Source: Candidatus Micrarchaeota archaeon
Lineage (GTDB): Archaea > Micrarchaeota > Micrarchaeia > Norongarragalinales > SBBD01
Direction of reading: 5' to 3'
Assembly: GCA_043806595.1 (NCBI GenBank)
Contig: JAZDGU010000003.1
Location: forward strand, 1 to 19,893
Length of the DNA: 19,893 nucleotides
Positions 14,540 to 19,893 of the stretch are shown here, piece by piece. The notes below the pieces were generated by a model. The model had not been told where the DNA came from and made no database searches. It saw nothing but the letters and a program-made list of their open reading frames with translations. Numbering within the stretch: position 1 is the first letter of the stretch; every line of letters begins with the position of its first letter. Position numbers and translations under genes: made by a program.

Positions 14540-15631
14540 TCAGGCGACGCGGCTGCAGGCCGCGGCGACCTTAGACTTGTCCGCGGCGTCGCACGCCACG
14601 AGCACCCCGGCTGCCTTGAGCTGGCCGTTGACCTCGCGCGCCAGGAAGGACTCCTTCATCAGCGTAGAGGGGGTGCCGTCCTTGAGATTGAGGCGCACGT
14701 CGGGGCTTGCGAGGCTCTCGCCGCCGCGGCACACCACGAAACGGTCGCGCTGGAAGTCGCGGGAAAGCTCCTCCTCGAGGGCAACGGACAGGCTTGCGTC
14801 CGGCGAAGTGAACGCGGTCTTGAAGAGCCGGCGGGAGAGGAGGCGGCGAACTAGCGGCTCCTCCTGAAGCTTGAACAGCACGGCGCAGTCGTTGCCCTCG
14901 GTGAGGTCGGGCACGGATATGGCGCGCTTTTCGAGCGCGATGCGGAGAGCGCTCTCGAGCATGGCGGTCGCGATGCGGTTGGCGTGGTGGTTGTAGACCG
15001 CGCGGAACATGAGGTAGCGGGAGACGAGCAGGCTCTCGGCGGCGAGCAGGCCCTTCTCCTCGAGGGCGAGGCCGCGGCCGTCGAAAGCGAAGGACTGGAG
15101 GAGCCTTTCGGCGTCGACGAGCGAGTAGGAGACGCCGGTGAAGTGCGCGTCGCGGAGCAGGTAGTCGATGCGGTCGGTGCCGAAGGCGTTGGATATGATC
15201 TCTTCCTTGGGGCCCTGCATCGCCTTGACGAGCTCGCGCACGGAGAAGCCGTGCGCGGAAAGCGCGTCCGAAATCTCGGTGCCCTCTATCTTCTTCCGGC
15301 CGAGCTGCTCGTGGTCGAGTCCCGTCGCCTCGGCGACTACTGCCTCGGAGAGGTGCGAGAAGGCGGAGTGGCCGACGTCGTGCAGGAGGCCGGCGAGGCG
15401 GAGAAGCCGGACGTCGTCTTCCTTGAACAGCCTGCGCGAGGCGAGGTCCGTGAGGTGCATCGTGCCGAGCGAGTGCTCGAAGCGGTTGTGCACCGCGCTC
15501 GGGTAGACCAGGTACGCGAGGGCCAGCTGGCGGACGTAGCGAAGCCTCTGCATCTGCGGGGTGTCGATTACCGCGACCTCGGCGTCGCTCACCTCGATGC
15601 TCAGATGGACGGCGTCGCGTATGGTTTTCAT
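14540..15631 (-). CDS. HD-domain phosphohydrolase (COG1078, SAMHD1/dNTPase-like)
   Basis: IRDAVH, QRLRYVRQL, HNRFEHSLG, LLHDVGHSAFSH, DRIDYLLRD and VYNH. Confidence 0.92.
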   Translation of the reverse strand: MKTIRDAVHLSIEVSDAEVAVIDTPQMQRLRYVRQLALAYLVYPSAVHNRFEHSLGTMHLTDLASRRLFKEDDVRLLRLAGLLHDVGHSAFSHLSEAVVAEATGLDHEQLGRKKIEGTEISDALSAHGFSVRELVKAMQGPKEEIISNAFGTDRIDYLLRDAHFTGVSYSLVDAERLLQSFAFDGRGLALEEKGLLAAESLLVSRYLMFRAVYNHHANRIATAMLESALRIALEKRAISVPDLTEGNDCAVLFKLQEEPLVRRLLSRRLFKTAFTSPDASLSVALEEELSRDFQRDRFVVCRGGESLASPDVRLNLKDGTPSTLMKESFLAREVNGQLKAAGVLVACDAADKSKVAAACSRVA

Positions 15632-15644
15632 GGAATCGCCGCAA

Positions 15645-15923
15645 TCATTTCAGCTGCACCGCCTCCTCGCGCCTGAGGCAGTTGTCGAGCGCCGGCTGCG
15701 CCTCCCCCCACTCGACGACCACCTTCGCGCCTATCCCCTTCGAGGACAGCCTCGATTCGAGCCTCTCGGCCTCGCGGCGCAGGCTGTCCAGCTCGCGGTC
15801 CGCCTGGGAAGCCAGGCCGTCGCGGCCCAGAGGCAGCAGTATCGTCACCTCGTCGCCGGATGCCAGCGATTCCACGGAGGAAGGTATGGGCGAGCCGGAT
15901 TGCATGAGGAGGACGTAACGCAT
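15645..15923 (-). CDS. Small universal-stress-protein-like protein
   Basis: AERLESRLSSKGIGAKVVVEWGEAQPAL resembles the Usp helix/strand/G.P segment. It lies between co-oriented genes. Confidence 0.55.
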   Translation of the reverse strand: MRYVLLMQSGSPIPSSVESLASGDEVTILLPLGRDGLASQADRELDSLRREAERLESRLSSKGIGAKVVVEWGEAQPALDNCLRREEAVQLK

Positions 15924-15936
15924 TTGAATACACCGG

Positions 15937-16485
15937 TCAGCCCAACGCCTTGTAGACTCCTCGCTTCTTCTCGATGACGTCGCCCTGCTCCTTCATCACC
16001 TGCAGGAGCGTGAGGCAGGCGCGCTCGTCGAGGCCAGCGGCAACCGCAAGCTCCGCGATTGGCAGGTCCTTGGGCTTGAGCAGCGAGAGCAGGCGCTTGG
16101 AGTGCTTGGCTAGGAATTCAGCGGAAACCAGGTAGAAGCGCTTGTCGAAGCCGCGCACGCCCTGCACTAGGCCGGTCTTGATCTGCTTCTCCAGCCGCTG
16201 GGAGGCGAGCTTGGCCTGCTCCTCGCTGTCGAGAATGGCATAGCCGGCGTCGAAGACCTCCTCCTCCGGCGGAAGCTGCACCGCGGCCTTGGCGGGCCCG
16301 GCGGCCTGCGGCGAGAGGACGCGGCGCCTGAGGATATCCTGCAGCTTCTGGCGCGAGGCGAGGATGAAGACGCCGGGCTCGGCCTCGAAGAACTCGTAGT
16401 CGCCGTTCTCGGTGACCGCCGAGCCCTTCCGGAGCGCGTCCGGCAGTACTATGGCAAGCGAATCGCCGTGCCTGAAGAAGCGCAT
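15937..16485 (-). CDS. Putative DNA-binding protein with an N-terminal AbrB/MazE-like domain and C-terminal winged HTH
   Basis: N-terminal RHGDSLAIVLPDALRK and C-terminal IAELAVAAGLDERACLTLLQVMKEQGDVIEKKRGVY. Confidence 0.65.
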   Translation of the reverse strand: MRFFRHGDSLAIVLPDALRKGSAVTENGDYEFFEAEPGVFILASRQKLQDILRRRVLSPQAAGPAKAAVQLPPEEEVFDAGYAILDSEEQAKLASQRLEKQIKTGLVQGVRGFDKRFYLVSAEFLAKHSKRLLSLLKPKDLPIAELAVAAGLDERACLTLLQVMKEQGDVIEKKRGVYKALG

Positions 16486-16558
16486 GCTTTCCCCCTTGAG
16501 GTATTTCTGGCTGGGGCGGTTTAAAAAACGATGGCCGGCTATGTTACCGCAGGGGGTA

Positions 16559-17590
16559 ATGCAGTTGAAAAAGGGTCGGCCATGGAAGTGGGCGGCGCTG
16601 GCGGCCGCAGCCGCGATTGCGGCGCTCGCGCTGCTTTCGCTTGCGGCGCAGCCCGCGCCCGCGAAAACCGACGCCGCGGGGGCGGTTCATCGCGGGCTCT
16701 CGTTCCTCTCCCAAGTCAACGTCACGGCGGACACGCTCAGCGCGCGGGAGATGGCCATTCCGCCCGAGGGAATATACGGGAACCTCTCCGAGCTCGCGCT
16801 GTACCGGAAGACGGACTTCATGCTCGACTTGAATTTCATCGGAAAAGAGGTCGCGGACCCCGGGCCGCTTGAGGGCAGGGCATCCGAGGCCGCGGAATTC
16901 CTGCAGGGGCTGGCGCGCACGTGGCAGGACGGAGGCGTCGACTACCGCTATTACGACCCCGGGGGGGAGGCGGGCGAGTATGCGTACGACCTGTATTGCA
17001 TGGTCGCGCTCGAGACCGGCAACGCGGACATGGCGCGGAAAATACGCGGGCAGCTCAAGCAGCGGGGCTGGAGCTCGCCGCAGGCGCAGCACTTCCGCGT
17101 CATCATCGACGAAAGCTGGTGCATCATGCTGCTTGCAGCGAACGGCGAAAACGCATCGACGCTGGATGTGCTGCTGGAGCAGAAGAAGCTGCAGCAGGAA
17201 TACTACGACGCCGAGCCCGCAGCCGGGGACCCGGAGATCGAGAAGATGCGGAGGAGCTATGCTGCGACGCACGTCCTGATGGTGCTGACGTACCTCGAGG
17301 ATCGCGGATACGACGTGTCGGCGCACGCGGAATACGTCGGAAAACTGCAGGAGAGGGCGTATTCGGACGCCGACGCGAACAAGGACTCGCCCGACTACCT
17401 GAGCAATTCGGTCTACTTCCTGGCCAAGTCCGGATTCCCCAAGGGCAGGCTCGCGCCCCTCGCGGACGCGCTCGTGCGCCTGCAGAAGCCGGACGGCGGC
17501 TGGAAGTCGAAGCTTTCGCCGGAATCCTTCCGCGGGCTGCTCACCGCGCGTGCAGTGCTCGCGCTCAACGCATACATGGGGGCCGAATGA
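16559..17590 (+). CDS. Exported or membrane-anchored protein with a prenyltransferase/squalene-cyclase-like repeat (alpha/alpha toroid)
   Basis: Start revised to MQLKKGRPWKW (GGGGGT upstream, TTTAAAAA at 16520-16527). It has a hydrophobic signal segment, AVHRGLSFL, and LVRLQKPDGGW...TARAVLAL (QxxDGGW). Confidence 0.65.
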   Translation: MQLKKGRPWKWAALAAAAAIAALALLSLAAQPAPAKTDAAGAVHRGLSFLSQVNVTADTLSAREMAIPPEGIYGNLSELALYRKTDFMLDLNFIGKEVADPGPLEGRASEAAEFLQGLARTWQDGGVDYRYYDPGGEAGEYAYDLYCMVALETGNADMARKIRGQLKQRGWSSPQAQHFRVIIDESWCIMLLAANGENASTLDVLLEQKKLQQEYYDAEPAAGDPEIEKMRRSYAATHVLMVLTYLEDRGYDVSAHAEYVGKLQERAYSDADANKDSPDYLSNSVYFLAKSGFPKGRLAPLADALVRLQKPDGGWKSKLSPESFRGLLTARAVLALNAYMGAE

Positions 17591-17593
17591 TAG

Positions 17594-18433
17594 ATGAAAC
17601 GCATTCTCCTGCTGGCATGGGCTGGGCTGGTATGCGGCTGGCTCGCGGTTGTGCCGAAAATCTGGCATGGGCAGACCGGGCAGGCGTATTACATCGCGGG
17701 CATTGCGGCATTTGCGGTTGCAATCGCGATATCCGCCAAGGTATTGGGGAAAAAGCCCGCGGACTTCGGGTTCAAGGCGCCCACGCGCGCGGATTTCGGC
17801 TCTGCAGCTGCAGCCTTCGGGCTGCTATTCGTGCCCGCGATCGCCCTGCGCCTGCTTCTGCCAACATTCGACTCGTGGTACGCGCGCCTCTACGGCCTGG
17901 ACACCGCAAGCGGCACCATCGCGCTCGCGCTCTACGCGCTTCCGCTGGCTCTCGTGTTCGAGGAGCTGGGCGTCCGGGGCCTGCTCCATTCGTCGCTGCT
18001 CAACGGCTTCGGCAGGAGCGGCGCGGTGCTCGCCGCGGTCGCCATTTTCTTCACGCTCATGCACTCGCCGCTTGTAGGATACTCGCCGAGCCTCGCGTTC
18101 TCCGCGGGGGCGATGGCGACGATCCTGGCGTATTCCGTCGTGATTTCGCTGCTCTACCAGCGGACGCGCAGCCTGTTTGCGACAACAGCGCTGCACTGCC
18201 TGGTGAACTATTTTTCCGCGGCGCAGACCTATTTGCATGCCGCGGGGCTGCTGACGGAGGAAGTCGCGGTGTGGGCAATCTGGGGCGCCGTGTTCCTGCT
18301 CTGCCGCGGCAGCTACGCCGGAATGCTTGCCTCGTTCAGGATGGAGTTTGCGGCACGAGCAAGGATTGGGCCGGCTGGCTACGGGGTGCTTGCCGCGGTC
18401 GCAGCCGCCCCACTAGTCCTGGCGGCGATTTAG
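17594..18433 (+). CDS. CPBP-family intramembrane glutamic endopeptidase (Rce1/Abi/CAAX-protease-like)
   Basis: Motifs FEELGVRG (EExxxR), FFTLMH (FxxxH) and HCLVN (HxxxN), with multiple TMs. Confidence 0.9.
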   Translation: MKRILLLAWAGLVCGWLAVVPKIWHGQTGQAYYIAGIAAFAVAIAISAKVLGKKPADFGFKAPTRADFGSAAAAFGLLFVPAIALRLLLPTFDSWYARLYGLDTASGTIALALYALPLALVFEELGVRGLLHSSLLNGFGRSGAVLAAVAIFFTLMHSPLVGYSPSLAFSAGAMATILAYSVVISLLYQRTRSLFATTALHCLVNYFSAAQTYLHAAGLLTEEVAVWAIWGAVFLLCRGSYAGMLASFRMEFAARARIGPAGYGVLAAVAAAPLVLAAI

Positions 18434-18455
18434 GGCCATGGGGCAAGGTACCGGG

Positions 18456-19799
18456 TCAGTCCGGCCAGCAGAACGGGTCGATCGGATTGCAGTATTGCGT
18501 ATATGTAGCGTCTGCAAGGCTTTTCAACAACGGAACAAGCAACGGGCTCCCCCCGCCGTAACCGCATCCCAGGACGTCGGGAGTGCTGAAATAGTTGACG
18601 ATGCTGGCATTGCAGTAGTCGTAAGTCACGTTGTCGCCGCAGCTCCATACCCGGTATTTGTACGGCATATTCTCCAGCAGGCCGTACACGACGAACGCAT
18701 GGTCCGTCACAAGGGAAAGGTTCATGTATTGCGGATAGGCCTCGGAATAGTTTATCAAGAACGCTCCGGTGCCATTGTAGGCGATCGCGACGTCCGAAGT
18801 CGCGGACACGTCGGTTGTCCAGGTGAAGGTGTAATTGAATAGGCAGCCCCAGGCGATGCCGGACTCGCCGACGCCGGTAATCTCGGGGAACATCGTCGGC
18901 GTGGGGCTTGGTACGCAAGAGCCCTCGCAGCACCAGCCGTCGACGGCGCACGCGAAGCCGGGCTTGTCTACGCAGTCGTCGAAGTGGTTGCACTGGTCGG
19001 GCATGCAGCTGCCGCCGCTGGCGATGCAGTCCGGCCATGCGGGCACTGAAGGTTCGGCAGTCGGCGCGGTCGTGGGAGTCGCAAGTGGCGCGTACGTCGG
19101 AATCGGCCCTCCCTGGTTCCAGACGCGTACGTTGTCGAAGACCGCTGGCTTGTAGGACTCGAGCGCGATGCCGCCGTCGACGAGCAGGTCGTCGGATGAT
19201 ACGATCACGCGCACGCCGTCGTAGAAGCAGTAGACGTCGTGGCCGATGACGCCGATGCCGACGCGGTGCATGCCGTCGAGGTCGCCTTCAGAGAGGAAGG
19301 CGTACTCCAGCTCCTCGGAGGAATACTCGCCCGTGAACTTGAGGAGGCGCAGCTTGAGGTCGTCGCCGACCATGCACGCGTACCTGGCGAGCGAGTAGGG
19401 GTCCGCCCTCGCGGAGATGCCCGCGATGTGCTTGTTGAGGCTGGGAACAAACGAGGTCCTGCGGAATTCCGTCTCTGCGACATAGTTGTACCACGAGGCG
19501 TCGCCCGCCATGGAGACCTTGAAGGCCTGGCTGTCCTTGGACTGCACGTATTCCTTGTCCTGCACGGACCATTCGCCGCTTGCTGGCGTCCACTGGCTCG
19601 CGGTGCCGGCGTCGAAGTTGTCGAAGAACAGGAAGGACCGGGTATAGTTGGACAAGGTCTGGACGGAGCTCTGCGTGGAGGATGTGACGGAGAAGATGAC
19701 GTTGCCCCGGAGCAGCATGAGCACGAGCGCGATAATCACTATGACGCTCGCTATGATGAAGGCGTACTCCACCGCGGTCTGCGCGCGCCTCGCTGCCAT
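18456..19799 (-). CDS. Class III signal peptide (type IV pilin-like) multidomain surface protein
   Basis: MAARRA/QTAVEY plus a hydrophobic helix, a ConA/DUF1080-like domain (FFDNFDAG..SQW...GEWSV), a PT-rich linker, an 8-Cys module, and an FN3-like domain (FTWTTD..ATS...H...GL.ENMPYKYRV). Confidence 0.85.
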   Translation of the reverse strand: MAARRAQTAVEYAFIIASVIVIIALVLMLLRGNVIFSVTSSTQSSVQTLSNYTRSFLFFDNFDAGTASQWTPASGEWSVQDKEYVQSKDSQAFKVSMAGDASWYNYVAETEFRRTSFVPSLNKHIAGISARADPYSLARYACMVGDDLKLRLLKFTGEYSSEELEYAFLSEGDLDGMHRVGIGVIGHDVYCFYDGVRVIVSSDDLLVDGGIALESYKPAVFDNVRVWNQGGPIPTYAPLATPTTAPTAEPSVPAWPDCIASGGSCMPDQCNHFDDCVDKPGFACAVDGWCCEGSCVPSPTPTMFPEITGVGESGIAWGCLFNYTFTWTTDVSATSDVAIAYNGTGAFLINYSEAYPQYMNLSLVTDHAFVVYGLLENMPYKYRVWSCGDNVTYDYCNASIVNYFSTPDVLGCGYGGGSPLLVPLLKSLADATYTQYCNPIDPFCWPD

Positions 19800-19820
19800 G
19801 GGAAGACTAGGAGCGAAAGG

Positions 19821-19830
19821 GGTATAAAAA
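19821..19830 (-). promoter_or_regulatory. TATA box (TTTTTATACC on the minus strand) of the pilin-like gene
   Basis: AT-rich box 22-31 nt upstream of ATG 19799 in a GC-rich background. Confidence 0.55.
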
Positions 19831-19847
19831 GGGCGCGGGGGGATTTG

Positions 19848-19892
19848 TCACGTGCCCGGGCAGACGGAGTCGCACGCCTTGAAGTCGTCGAA
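19848..19892 (-). CDS. Possible 3' end of a gene entering from the right edge (...FDDFKACDSVCPGT*)
   Basis: Open frame from the window edge to TGA at 19848-19850 with GC-rich third positions. Only 14 codons are visible. Confidence 0.35.
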   Translation of the reverse strand, partial: FDDFKACDSVCPGT

Positions 19893-19893
19893 C

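Noticed and set aside
18456..18470. C-terminal CWPD of the pilin-like protein as a CaaX substrate for the adjacent CPBP protease
   Set aside because: W and P are not typical aliphatic CaaX residues, and the Cys is more likely disulfide-bonded in a Cys-rich extracellular tail.
10697..18561. Long alternative-frame or antisense ORFs (for example 10697..12160, 14571..15644, 16544..17668, 16921..18561)
   Set aside because: These are Arg/Pro/Gly-rich shadow ORFs expected at high GC, and each overlaps a gene with clear family motifs.
1..19893. Genome-wide TAG recoding (pyrrolysine or an alternative code)
   Set aside because: corA ends at its canonical ...RRKKWL with TAG, and trxA, abiEii and others also end at expected lengths with TAG. 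None of the conserved genes has an internal TAG.

Overview
This is an archaeal window. The evidence is a Sec61beta gene, an EppA-type class III signal peptide, and TATA boxes about 25 nt upstream of start codons; a DPANN lineage such as Micrarchaeota is my inference, not a test result. The left part (about 1-4050) is lower in GC and looks accessory. It holds two tandem units, each built as [3' end of a membrane-anchored surface-protein gene] - [20-bp palindromic operator + TTTATAAA] - [AbiEi-like antitoxin + AbiEii-like nucleotidyltransferase toxin] - [shared junction motif]. The first toxin-antitoxin (TA) pair is bracketed by 29-bp imperfect direct repeats. The surface-gene part of the second unit is an orphan, decayed 60-codon paralog that the ORF track misses. 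Next comes a + strand run of membrane and ion-transport genes (DUF6159-like protein, corA, a compact pentameric ligand-gated ion channel). The GC-rich, core-like right part carries a bacterial-type class I GAPDH, Sec61beta, a TAG-interrupted ORF, thioredoxin, an MBL hydrolase, a Glu/Leu/Phe/Val dehydrogenase, an HD phosphohydrolase, Usp-like and AbrB/wHTH proteins, a prenyltransferase-repeat protein next to a CPBP protease, and a multidomain pilin-like adhesin. I saw no rRNA, tRNA, CRISPR array, integrase or transposase. All family calls come from motif recognition by eye; no searches were run.
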